A DNA stretch of 64,000 nucleotides from Barthelona sp. PCE. Taxonomy: Eukaryota. Position 1 is the stretch's first letter, and each line of letters opens with the position of its first letter. The translations under genes were made by a program, and so were the position numbers. The stretch spans positions 1,984,001-2,048,000 of the forward strand of contig JAUFOR010000008.1 of assembly GCA_040285745.1 (NCBI GenBank), read 5' to 3'. Positions 40,879 through 50,920 of this stretch are shown in pieces. Under the pieces are notes generated by a model that saw only the letters and a program-made list of their open reading frames with translations, was not told the DNA's origin and ran no database searches.

Positions 40879-41916
40879 TTACTCAAAAAGACCGGCAATG
40901 GCTAGGGAAAGTGCCATTATGAACATACCAATAACTATGCTGATTTTAGATCTCTTGCTGTCCAGGAAGCGGGATGTTGGGAGTAGCTGTTCAATAACAA
41001 CGTAAGTCATGAGTCCTGCTACAATACCCATTAGAGAACCAATCAAAAAGTGATTATCCGACGAACCATCAATTAAAAAGAAAGCAAGCAATGAACCAAT
41101 AGGTTCAGCTACACCACAGAGTACTGTTGCATTGAAAGCAAACCACTTTGATGAACCTGCAGCCATAAGAGGAAAAACAATTGCTAACCCTTCCGCAACA
41201 TTATGAATAGCAAGAGAGATAGCCAAAGCAACTGACTCACTTGTAGTAAAATGATCAGAAGCGCCTGAAAGCATGAGGACGAAACCTTCAGGAAGATTAT
41301 GTGCTAACAGAACCAAGAAAGAACTTACACCGATTGTAAAGAATGTGTGCGTCATGTTTTCTTTTTTATGCAACCTTGACGTCTCGTCCTGCGCTTCCAA
41401 ATCCAACGACTCTTTCTGGGAGAGCTCTTCATCCAAATTCATTTCATCGTTGACAACAATTTGAAACTCCTCCTCTTTGCCAATCACATCATCTGAAATT
41501 CTTTGTTCATCAATCTCATTGGCAAATTGGTTGTCGGCTGGGTTGATAACACGAGAAACAAAGCTCATGTCAGCATTCATTTCTACCTTGTCACTGTGTG
41601 TGTTCTTCTTATAAAAAGTGGATTGTTCATCTGGCAAAACAAGTTCGAGCACCCATCCAAGAGCAATCCCGATAAAAAACGATGCGTATGCTAAAATTGA
41701 ACCATATTTTTTGGAAAAAGATGTGAAATCCTCAACTGCTGCACTCAATAGTTCAGTAAATGAAACATATAGCATGGATCCTGAAGCAAGACCAGTTGCG
41801 ACACTCAAAAAGCTGTTACTAATCGACTTCATAAAGAAAACTGCAAAACCCGCAATAATACTGGAAAAACCAGCTACAAAACTAAGAAATAGTAGAAATC
41901 CCCCATTCTTTAACAT
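40879..41916 (-). CDS. ZIP-family zinc/iron transporter (ZupT/GufA/ZIP11-like)
   Basis: HNLPEG and HNVAEG motifs, GSMLYVSF.EL, AEPIG, about 8 TM segments. Confidence 0.9.
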   Translation of the reverse strand: MLKNGGFLLFLSFVAGFSSIIAGFAVFFMKSISNSFLSVATGLASGSMLYVSFTELLSAAVEDFTSFSKKYGSILAYASFFIGIALGWVLELVLPDEQSTFYKKNTHSDKVEMNADMSFVSRVINPADNQFANEIDEQRISDDVIGKEEEFQIVVNDEMNLDEELSQKESLDLEAQDETSRLHKKENMTHTFFTIGVSSFLVLLAHNLPEGFVLMLSGASDHFTTSESVALAISLAIHNVAEGLAIVFPLMAAGSSKWFAFNATVLCGVAEPIGSLLAFFLIDGSSDNHFLIGSLMGIVAGLMTYVVIEQLLPTSRFLDSKRSKISIVIGMFIMALSLAIAGLFE

Positions 41917-42102
41917 TGTGCAAAAATTCTACTGTGAAATATATAAATAAGTTAAGAGAAAGAGTATAATAATAAAATACCAGCTTCATTTCATTATTTC
42001 TCTACATCTTTTGTACTAACCCACTCAAAACCACACTTTAGATATGTTTAGCCTGTGATTTTATATTTACACCACATCAATTAAGAAAAATTCGATTTAC
42101 AT

Positions 42103-43332
42103 TTACATATAATTGGCAGTTAATCTCTTTAACATGTCCAAGTCCTCGTTGTGTTGATTTGTGAGTTTATCAAGCACAATCTCTTCACTCTGAATTGCTG
42201 TATTTTTTGGCTTTCTTTGATTTCTGAGATTAGTTTCACGAGATTTAACAGGTCTCTTTGCCACTCCCAATCGACTTGATGAACGTGTATTTGATCTACT
42301 ATTGGAACGGCTATTCGACCTACTCAAAGCGCGTTGTCTCACTCTCTCACTGTACTCCTTCTGCCGTTGTCTTTTCTCCATCGCATCGTCTCTTTCCTCG
42401 CTGTTCTTCATAACAGGTTGATCCCGAACACGAATATTCTCACGATTTCTCAATCGAGTCTCCTCAGCAAATCTTTTAGCGCGATCTCTCTTCTTTCTTG
42501 CTTTTTTATACTCTTCACTCTCCTTATTGATCTCCAAACCTCCTAATTCTACATATTTTTCTGACTTAATTCGTCGATAATCATCAATATTATATGCTTT
42601 ATAACCATGTTGTCTTGGTTTTCTAGAAAATGCCAATTTATCAAGCTTATTCATGGTCTTCACCTCATCTTCGTCCATTTTAACAGCTGATGGCAGACCA
42701 TACTTCTCAGATTCTTCATCACTAATTAGCTCTGACGACTCACGCGATAACAATCGTCTAGTTCTCTCTTTACGAAGCTGTATCTGACTCTTGCGGCGCT
42801 TTGGTGCCCCGCTAGATACTTTCCTTGGTGGTTTCTGATTTGAATTTTTGGGTGCACGAATCTTTGGTGGCAAGGAATGTTCTTTTCTTTTAGGGGGTTC
42901 ATATACAGGCATCTGTGGTTGTGCGAGTTTTTCATCGTCTGTGTGATCAAAATAATCGCTTTCATGTTCAGGAGAAAAGTCTTCCTCATATAAAAAATCA
43001 GATTCCAACCCACTTGATGATTCATCATATGCTCCAATATTAATATCATCGTCGTCAAATCCAAAATCATTGTGGTCCAAAACTGCTGATACAAAAGAAC
43101 TTTGAGCAGTAATTGAATCAGGCAGATGAAATCCTGATTTGATGTGTGTGTGTGATGGTTTTGGCTTATTGTTCCTTGTAGAGATCTCTGAAATACTCCT
43201 TCTGACGCCTTGACGTTGAATATTTGTCACAGAAGGTCTGTTAGGAGCTGAATGCAAAGAATTCGTGCTTCTAACTACACCTACCCTCTTTCGCTTTCCC
43301 ATAATGGGTCTAACTGGTGCCCTTGAATTCAT
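42103..43332 (-). CDS. Hypothetical protein, possible JHY-like ciliary protein
   Basis: YKAYNIDDYRRIK..VELGGLE..followed by a basic coiled coil recalls the JHY C-terminal motif (from memory, unverified). Confidence 0.5.
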   Translation of the reverse strand: MNSRAPVRPIMGKRKRVGVVRSTNSLHSAPNRPSVTNIQRQGVRRSISEISTRNNKPKPSHTHIKSGFHLPDSITAQSSFVSAVLDHNDFGFDDDDINIGAYDESSSGLESDFLYEEDFSPEHESDYFDHTDDEKLAQPQMPVYEPPKRKEHSLPPKIRAPKNSNQKPPRKVSSGAPKRRKSQIQLRKERTRRLLSRESSELISDEESEKYGLPSAVKMDEDEVKTMNKLDKLAFSRKPRQHGYKAYNIDDYRRIKSEKYVELGGLEINKESEEYKKARKKRDRAKRFAEETRLRNRENIRVRDQPVMKNSEERDDAMEKRQRQKEYSERVRQRALSRSNSRSNSRSNTRSSSRLGVAKRPVKSRETNLRNQRKPKNTAIQSEEIVLDKLTNQHNEDLDMLKRLTANYM

Positions 43333-43522
43333 AAATTTAACTTATGCTTTTGAATTAGTCAGAAAATAAAGAAAAAATATTACAGATATGAAAATTCCTC
43401 AAAAGCAAATATATTCATAATAAAGATAATCCAATAATATTGCAGACCATATTTATTGATAAATCAACGAAGAACGCAAAAGAAATCAATGCAGGTGGAC
43501 AAGCCATGTTTACTCGAAAAGC

Positions 43523-44066
43523 TTAGAAGCGGACGAAGGTAGTCTTCTTCAGGATGTTGGTGGCGACGGTATCACATACGCGACGGCCTTCAGAAGAGAG
43601 GACACGGCCCTTGGTGGATTGCTCGATCAAACCAGCCTTCTCGAAGTTCTGAATAATACGGCGAATGACACCGCGAGCGGCAAGAGCACCGTGGTTACGG
43701 GCGTGGCCGTTACGAGCCTTGGCACCGAAGTATTTAGCGAAACCGCCAAGACCAATACCAGGCTGAATGTAGACACGACGGAGAATGGCAGCTAAACGTT
43801 AGAATGTTACAATGATGGTTGTTCACGAATGAATAAGTGTAAAGAGAATATTTTCACTCAATGCTCCCTCCCCTTTAATCTTTCGGAACCAATCGCATAC
43901 CAGCACGCTTGAAGAACCAATCGGGATCCTGAGGACCAAGCTCTCTACCGGGAGCGCTCTTAATGTAGGTAATTTCGGTGGGCAACTCGAGGATGTTGGC
44001 GTTCTTGAGATGGAGACCACATGCTTGAATGAACTGGTCGGCGGTGACTTGCTTGAGACCGGGCAT
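43523..44066 (-). CDS. RPS19: 40S ribosomal protein S19e, two exons 44066-43901 and 43791-43523
   Basis: MPGLKQV.AD.FI..RELGPQDPDWFFKRA|AAILRRVYI.PG.G.G...GVIRRIIQ.FEKAGLI..GR.LS.EG; 435 nt spliced. Confidence 0.93.
43792..43900 (-). other. Spliceosomal intron, 109 nt, predicted long hairpin
   Basis: GTATGC...TCTAAC-GTTT-AG; removal joins the RPS19 exons in frame. Confidence 0.9.
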
Positions 44067-44519
44067 ATTTCTAGAGATTAGGTAAACAATGCAAAAGGAA
44101 GTAAATCCTTGTAAAGGTTTATTTTGGCACTTCAAAGAGTGTAGACGGGGAACAAACGCGACATTAGCCTTTGTTAGAATGTAAATAAGTTCAAAAACAT
44201 TGAAATAGGTTAAGTAATAGCTTTCAACTCATAATCTAAAGGCTATACATACACAAACTCGGTGATACGGGAAAACCACGTATACACCATGCTAAATCCT
44301 GTTGAAATACCACAAGTAGTTCAACAACAGAACCTGTTTTCCAAAACAAACTTTTCAAGTTTAAAAAGCACATACAGTCTATTTATGAGGTTGAGTGTCG
44401 TGTTTATATGCTCAAGTAACTGATTCAACAACTCAAAAACAAACAATTGCCAAAAACTTGTTTACCAACCATAAACATTAAAATTGCACTTTTTACACAT
44501 AAAATAACTTTTTTTGCGC

Positions 44520-45053
44520 CTAATTTCCGACTTCAATACCATGCTGCTTGAAATTCCTAGTCACCACATTAATGTCCAACAATACAGTGCCAGAACTTTC
44601 TGTATTCAGCTCATATCTGCTTGAATCTCCGAATACAAACTCCTCGTTGCTCAGCTGAGGTGTGTTACCAATGAAAAATGAGCTCCACTGCTGTGATAAT
44701 GTACCAATAGGTTTCCAAGTTGCTACCTCTACCTCATGAAAGCCCGGTTTTGTGGGAATATGATACACGCAGTACCCAACCAGGCTATCTGTTCCGTAAG
44801 CATCTCTTGTGAATACTTTAATGAATAATCGAGGCCAACCGGTTAAATTATGCAGGTTAAAATGTAAATCTAGTGGAAAACTCCACACTACCTCGTCTCC
44901 TTCTGGATAATCAATGTGTGATTGTCCTTCAAGATTCTCTTGGACACTATCCCAGCCTTCACCCTTATGAATGGAATAACGGCACCAAAAGCCCCTTCCT
45001 CCTGTGAAACCGACCCCACCGCGGATACGACCGACAACGTGCAACTCTGCCAT
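44520..45053 (-). CDS. B9D2: B9 domain-containing protein 2 (ciliary transition zone)
   Basis: MAELHVVGRI.GG.GF..EGQSH.D.P..VWSFPLDLHF....GWPRL..GY...IPT.PG.H....TW.P. Confidence 0.87.
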   Translation of the reverse strand: MAELHVVGRIRGGVGFTGGRGFWCRYSIHKGEGWDSVQENLEGQSHIDYPEGDEVVWSFPLDLHFNLHNLTGWPRLFIKVFTRDAYGTDSLVGYCVYHIPTKPGFHEVEVATWKPIGTLSQQWSSFFIGNTPQLSNEEFVFGDSSRYELNTESSGTVLLDINVVTRNFKQHGIEVGN

Positions 45054-45225
45054 TATTGAAAAAAGGATTGAAACGACAAAACGATTTTTCCTTTCATTGA
45101 TTCGATATCTGTAATTTCTGTTGCTTTCCAAAGGAATTTGCCCTCAACGCACTCTTGTTTTACACACTGCGTACGATAACAACTTACATCAGTTGATTTA
45201 CAATTAAACACACTATATATTATCT

Positions 45226-45909
45226 TCACTCTGTAATATTGTTCAATTTGTTCACCATGCGAAGCGCTATTTCCTTGGAGTCAATGATGAGATCAAGAAA
45301 TTGGGTTGAACTTAGCAACAAAATTTCAGGCAAATTACCAACGGAAGAATCACTTAAAATACGTAAATGAACGCCTTTAACAAGCACGTTGTTGGTCATT
45401 TCAGCACTTAAAATGCATCGAACATTTTTTAAATCAGCTTTTTTGTTTTCAACTGGGACAAATGGTAGTTCAATTATTAAATCATCGAATTTTGTATCTG
45501 GTGCCATCAAAATGTTCTCCAAAAGAGTTAGTTCACCTACTAACACATTCCAGCTGCTCAAATTATTTAGCACTTTAATTCGTCTAATTATCTTTAAAAC
45601 CTTTCTAGCATGTAAAATAAGAGCTTGAAACATGCTAAATGAGTGTCTACCTTCACCTAAACTACAATAAACAAGATTTTTATAGATTAAACATACATCT
45701 GATATTGAAGTATTTCGGAAGTCAAATGATAATTGGAATGGTGACTCAATGTCTGTGTTTTCATCCTTTTCTGTGCTCTGATATGAAAAATGGTTCGAAA
45801 CGTTATCTATAATAGCTGAGAAGAACATTTCTATCGTGTTTGCTTGGTCTACAGAGTCTTTTAATATATAATCTTCAAATCCATGCCCATTAAACGCATT
45901 CCCACTCAT
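45226..45909 (-). CDS. Hypothetical protein
   Basis: ~227-aa ORF with upstream CCTTTTTCA element; no motif recognised. Confidence 0.55.
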   Translation of the reverse strand: MSGNAFNGHGFEDYILKDSVDQANTIEMFFSAIIDNVSNHFSYQSTEKDENTDIESPFQLSFDFRNTSISDVCLIYKNLVYCSLGEGRHSFSMFQALILHARKVLKIIRRIKVLNNLSSWNVLVGELTLLENILMAPDTKFDDLIIELPFVPVENKKADLKNVRCILSAEMTNNVLVKGVHLRILSDSSVGNLPEILLLSSTQFLDLIIDSKEIALRMVNKLNNITE

Positions 45910-46005
45910 CACATTAATAAAATTTCTGTGAAAAAGGTAATATTTCCGTTAACTCATTTTTCTGTTTATACATGTAATTCTGGGCCCTTATTCTATTACT
46001 AAACC

Positions 46006-48867
46006 ATGTCGACAGTAGAGCCATTCAAGCTCCATCGGCTTCTTGAATGTTCAGAGGATGAAATTGTTAGTTTTGCAGTCTATTCCAACACTATTACGAG
46101 AATAATTGCTGTATTTACGCTCAACCACGAGCTTCACTTCCTAATATATGATAACAAACTGCATAAAGTACTCAGGAGCATGATTTGGTACAAATCCAGT
46201 CTTAAATGTGTTGTTGATATGCAATTCAATCAGTTTGGGAACCTACTTATGCTGGTTACATCAGATGCCAGTGTTTATTTGCTCAAAATTGATCCATTCA
46301 TTAAGAATGTTTTTGGTTCAGAAAGCGTATCGAAAGAACTGCAATTTTTAGGATTGTTCTCTGGTATAGACTATGACATAGCCAACGTTTTTACCAACGA
46401 TGATGATTTGTTTAAAGTATCCGTTATCACACATTTTTCAAACCCAAATACCAATGAAATTTCTCACACACAATTCATTCAGAACTCCAAATGCGGCGTG
46501 AATATGGGTTTTTTCCTGTGCAATAATGAGGAATTGTGCTTTTTTGATCTAACAGACCCTTCAAATTTCAGGACTCTTCGCCTACCTTCAGGTTACACGT
46601 TGGAGAATCTTGTAATCTACAATGATATCCCATATGTTTTTCTTGTTGTCAAAAGAAAATCAATATTCTCTTTGCTGAAATTACTAATGTATAATTCAGA
46701 TTCATCGATTGTTCATGGGGATAGGAGGTATAATTTTACAATCATGAATGATGGATTTGAGAAGGAAGATGGTTACCTGGCGTATAACTTTGACACATGG
46801 TGTGGTAAACCTGTTGTTCTGAACTATCAAGGCAATCATTTGATGCAGATACTCGCTATAATGCATGATAATAGCAGCGGAATCATTTCTTTCCTCCCCC
46901 TGATCAGTATTCATGTGCCTGCCAACCAAAAGAATGCAAATTTTATTCTTCTGAAAAATTTCTTTATCATCGTTATGGGACATGCACCCAGCCTTTATAT
47001 TCGCAACAATCAGCGTGAACAGAAGATTAGGAGACTCAAGAGCAACGTTAAAAAAATTCATATACCACTGGCAGTATTTGCTAATTCAAGGTTGAATAGT
47101 AAGAACTTTAGAATTAAAGCATTGCAGACATTGGACATCCGAGCGATGTCTGTTGAGGTGAAGACGATGCATGGGACCAACAACGGTGTATTCGAGTCTG
47201 ATATTATTGTACGAGGCGGAAAATGTTTGTACTTGTTGAAGGCTGACAAAAACTACGGTCTGACGTTCTACAACAATGTACAGGCATTAACCACCGTCGA
47301 TAGGTTTGAAGTTCACCTGGGTAATGAGATAGAGCGGCTACTAAGCTTTAAAATTCACTACACCGAATATCTTTTACGTGTTTTTGAAGAGAGAATGAGC
47401 TTTTATGGTCTGGATAATGTGTGTATTTCGATTTTGGCACGTATTAAAATGGCTGACAAAAAGACAAGAGTTAGAATCCTACATGCTGTCCTAAAAAAAT
47501 TTGCTACATCGTTAGTTTCACATAAACTAAGTAGTGATGCATATCTGCACGTGATTAAGTACCTTGCCGCGTCGAGAAGCGATGCAGTGCCGTTGTTAAG
47601 AGCAGTCTTGCTGAGGGAGAATATCCCCTTTTTATTCGACTATGAAAGCTTATTATCCCCCACGAGGATCCTTGAGAGCGAGAGTATCCCCAAGAGCGTG
47701 CTACATAGCCTCGTATACGAGCATAACAGACTCCCTGCGCCTCTCAACTTCCACGTGAACGAGAAGCTACTGTCTGTCCTGTTACACAACCAAGAAGATT
47801 TCTTTGTCCTCCTCAACCTTGTTCCATTGCGTAAGCTGCTCTCAACGGTTATTTCAAAACAATTTGCGGATTCAAAATTCCATATTTTTGTGAAGAGCTT
47901 CTTTTTTGTGCTTGGATCTCTTTCTGTGGAGCTTCTCCAGCGCCTCAAGACATTCTTGAACCCTAGAGGCGAGTACTTTATGCGCTTGATCACCAGAAAT
48001 CGTACGTTCAGCATACTCAAATCAAGGCCTGCTTCACCATCCCTCATTGATGAACCCGGATGGCAAGACATGAATCTAACCCCTGAGCTTGCCTCAGACC
48101 TATTCATGCTTTCGACAATTGAACTGATTAAAAAGAAGAAACCTGACTACGAACAGGAGTTGAAGTTGGCAACCGAATTTAGCACTATTATTAAGGACAA
48201 CTCGACACTGTGGCATGTGGATCGGGTGTACAGGTACTGCATAGATGCTAATCTTTACATAGTGGGTGCCATGGTGTTGTTCTGTGTTGGTGAGCTTCAT
48301 AGTGCATATGAATGTTTATTAGCTTCACCGTTAAAGAACGAACATACACGATTTTTTGAGATCCTACTGAATGAATTCTCCACTTCAACCGATTTTAAAT
48401 TGATTTCAATTATCCTGATTGATTTCCAATCAAAGTTCGGTGTGTTCCCTTTGTTGGTCAACTATATTGTCAGAAACTTATCACGTTTGTCGAAGTATCT
48501 AATCCCCTTGTTGCGCAAGAACAATTTATTAAAAGATTATGATCCTGCAATGAAATACAAACTGATCAGAAGTTATATTAAAGATCAGAATAGAAAGAGT
48601 GGTCTATATTTCAACAACGCACTTGAAAAAATCAAGTTTACACTATCTCAGAAACGTATTCCAAAACATTTCGAAGTAAGACGTACAAAAACAAATGAAC
48701 GTGATTTTTATTCGTTTACATGTGAGCACCAAATTGATAAACATGAATACCTGGTTGCTGTGAGCGGGATTACAAACGATTTAGTAGTCAACAACTTTAT
48801 GAACGATGCCTTCATAGGAAGTGCATGTCCACATTGTGTGATGGATCGAGTTTCAAGAAGTAAATAG
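46006..48867 (+). CDS. Hypothetical large protein (beta-propeller-like N-terminus, helical middle, partial RING-like C-terminus)
   Basis: 953-aa ORF; ends ..SFTCEH..ACPHC. Confidence 0.6.
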   Translation: MSTVEPFKLHRLLECSEDEIVSFAVYSNTITRIIAVFTLNHELHFLIYDNKLHKVLRSMIWYKSSLKCVVDMQFNQFGNLLMLVTSDASVYLLKIDPFIKNVFGSESVSKELQFLGLFSGIDYDIANVFTNDDDLFKVSVITHFSNPNTNEISHTQFIQNSKCGVNMGFFLCNNEELCFFDLTDPSNFRTLRLPSGYTLENLVIYNDIPYVFLVVKRKSIFSLLKLLMYNSDSSIVHGDRRYNFTIMNDGFEKEDGYLAYNFDTWCGKPVVLNYQGNHLMQILAIMHDNSSGIISFLPLISIHVPANQKNANFILLKNFFIIVMGHAPSLYIRNNQREQKIRRLKSNVKKIHIPLAVFANSRLNSKNFRIKALQTLDIRAMSVEVKTMHGTNNGVFESDIIVRGGKCLYLLKADKNYGLTFYNNVQALTTVDRFEVHLGNEIERLLSFKIHYTEYLLRVFEERMSFYGLDNVCISILARIKMADKKTRVRILHAVLKKFATSLVSHKLSSDAYLHVIKYLAASRSDAVPLLRAVLLRENIPFLFDYESLLSPTRILESESIPKSVLHSLVYEHNRLPAPLNFHVNEKLLSVLLHNQEDFFVLLNLVPLRKLLSTVISKQFADSKFHIFVKSFFFVLGSLSVELLQRLKTFLNPRGEYFMRLITRNRTFSILKSRPASPSLIDEPGWQDMNLTPELASDLFMLSTIELIKKKKPDYEQELKLATEFSTIIKDNSTLWHVDRVYRYCIDANLYIVGAMVLFCVGELHSAYECLLASPLKNEHTRFFEILLNEFSTSTDFKLISIILIDFQSKFGVFPLLVNYIVRNLSRLSKYLIPLLRKNNLLKDYDPAMKYKLIRSYIKDQNRKSGLYFNNALEKIKFTLSQKRIPKHFEVRRTKTNERDFYSFTCEHQIDKHEYLVAVSGITNDLVVNNFMNDAFIGSACPHCVMDRVSRSK

Positions 48868-48990
48868 CATATTATAAATACCACATATCAACCTTTTTCG
48901 TGGTTTAACTCCATAAAGTAAAAACACTGATTTCTTGTTTTCTGTTTTCTATTCTTCTTTGATCACTAAAAACACCGTTTTCACACTTAA

Positions 48991-50916
48991 ATGCAGACTA
49001 CAGTTCAGGGAAACGAACAGAAAGCTGCAGAGCAAGAGAAAGAATTGCAAAAAATTGAGCAAAGCACTTCAAACACAGAGTTTGGTAATAACATCATCAG
49101 TGTTGAAAGTGACTCCGATGACGATGCTCCAACAAATACCGTAGGAGCTGTTCCCACAGAATGGTATCAGGATTATGAACATATTGGTTACGATATCAGT
49201 GGTAAGCCTATCCAGAGGCCGCCACAACGTGACGACATACAGAAATTCCTGGATATACAGAGTGGAAAGGCATTCCGATTGGTTCGCGATGAAGTTGAAC
49301 AAAAAGACGTTGAACTCAGTCGTGATGATATTGATTTCCTCAAGAGGGCACAGAAAGGCCAGTATCCCAAGGGTTTCAAGGAATCCGAGTACAATTTCGA
49401 TTTATTGGGTGATAAAATGGTTACTTCTCTATCACGTGCACCTTTATCGAAGCGTAGTTTTGAGAAGGGTCGTTCCGAGTACCATGAGACAAAGAGAATC
49501 ATGAAGGCGATGAAGGACGGACGTTTCTTCCTTCCTGAACCAACTAGACCTCCGCAGTACGATGAAATTCTCATTTGGGATGACACTAAGCCAAACCCAC
49601 GCACCCGCAAGATCCTCCCTGCCCCCAAGCCACCACTTCCGGACACACACGAAAGCTACAATCCACCGGATGAGTACCTCCCAACTCCAGAGGAATTGGA
49701 GAAGTGGAAATACCTTGATCCTGACAAGAGGCCGCTCAACTTTATTCCACGTAGATACACATCGCTCCTTGATGTTCCTATGTATCTGCCGTTCATTGAG
49801 GAGCGGTATCAGAGATGCCTTGATCTGTATCTGTGTACTAGAGTCAAGAGACGTGTGCTTCCGAACTTGGTTGAAGAACTAATGCCTGATTTACCCAAGC
49901 CTTCCCAGTTGCGCCCATTCCCTCTCCGACTGGCACACCCAATTGCAAAGCACGAGGCATTGGTGAGGACGGTTTCATTCCACTCCAGTGGAAAGTACGT
50001 TGCCACCGCCGACAACGAGGGTACATTCATGGTGTCATGTGTTCGTAGCGGCCGCCAGCTGTTTGTGACTTCGTTCGATGAGGCCATTGCCCATATTGAA
50101 TGGAATCCGCTGGGTGATCTCTTTATGATTGGTGTTGCCCACGGCAAGACAGTCAGTTTGATCAAGCCAACGGTGGGCTACTCCTCCTTAGAGACGAACC
50201 CTGAGCTCTTCAAGGGCGCCAAGCTCAACTCCACGTGGTCCATAGATGACGAGGATGATATCGTTGTTGAGATTACGCATCGTGCCCCTGTTAAACAGAT
50301 TAGGTGGCATTATAAGGGAGACTATCTTGCTGTGCTATTGCATAAGGTAAACAAGAACCCTGTTGTCTTCCACCACCTTTCCAGCGGTAGATCTCAGAAC
50401 CCCTTCGATAAAATCCCAGGTATGCTGGAGGCTATAGCATTCCACCCATCCAGGCCTGAGTTCTTCGTAGCAAACAGGCAGCACGTCTACCACTTTGACC
50501 TTGAACAGCAGAGAGTTATTAGAAAACTCAAGACTGGCTGCACATGGATTTCAGACATTAACGTTCATCCATCAGGTGCACAGTTGCTTGTCAGTACATT
50601 TGACAAGCAGGTGCAGTGGTTCGAGATTGATATACAAGTGCTTCCATATAAGTCTCTCAGGCAACACAAAAAACCTGTGCGTGGTGCTCAGTTCCACCCC
50701 CAATATCCTCTGTTTTCTTCGTGTGATGACTCAGGTATCATCCAAGTGTTCCACGGTAAAGTTTTCAATGATGGTATCAAGAACTCGCTCATTGTACCCG
50801 TTAAGGTTTTGAAAACACCGGAGAATTCTCCTTGCACATGTTTAAGCTGGCACCCCATTCAACCTTGGGTTGCTGTTGGTGCTGCTGATGGTTGCTGTTA
50901 CTTATTCACACATTAA
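48991..50916 (+). CDS. BOP1: Ribosome biogenesis protein BOP1/Erb1
   Basis: NTVGAVP.EWY..Y.HIGYDI.GK.I, ESYNPPDEY, ERYQRCLDLYLC.R, LPKPSQLRPFP, C-terminal WD40 repeats. Confidence 0.95.
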   Translation: MQTTVQGNEQKAAEQEKELQKIEQSTSNTEFGNNIISVESDSDDDAPTNTVGAVPTEWYQDYEHIGYDISGKPIQRPPQRDDIQKFLDIQSGKAFRLVRDEVEQKDVELSRDDIDFLKRAQKGQYPKGFKESEYNFDLLGDKMVTSLSRAPLSKRSFEKGRSEYHETKRIMKAMKDGRFFLPEPTRPPQYDEILIWDDTKPNPRTRKILPAPKPPLPDTHESYNPPDEYLPTPEELEKWKYLDPDKRPLNFIPRRYTSLLDVPMYLPFIEERYQRCLDLYLCTRVKRRVLPNLVEELMPDLPKPSQLRPFPLRLAHPIAKHEALVRTVSFHSSGKYVATADNEGTFMVSCVRSGRQLFVTSFDEAIAHIEWNPLGDLFMIGVAHGKTVSLIKPTVGYSSLETNPELFKGAKLNSTWSIDDEDDIVVEITHRAPVKQIRWHYKGDYLAVLLHKVNKNPVVFHHLSSGRSQNPFDKIPGMLEAIAFHPSRPEFFVANRQHVYHFDLEQQRVIRKLKTGCTWISDINVHPSGAQLLVSTFDKQVQWFEIDIQVLPYKSLRQHKKPVRGAQFHPQYPLFSSCDDSGIIQVFHGKVFNDGIKNSLIVPVKVLKTPENSPCTCLSWHPIQPWVAVGAADGCCYLFTH

Positions 50917-50920
50917 GCGT

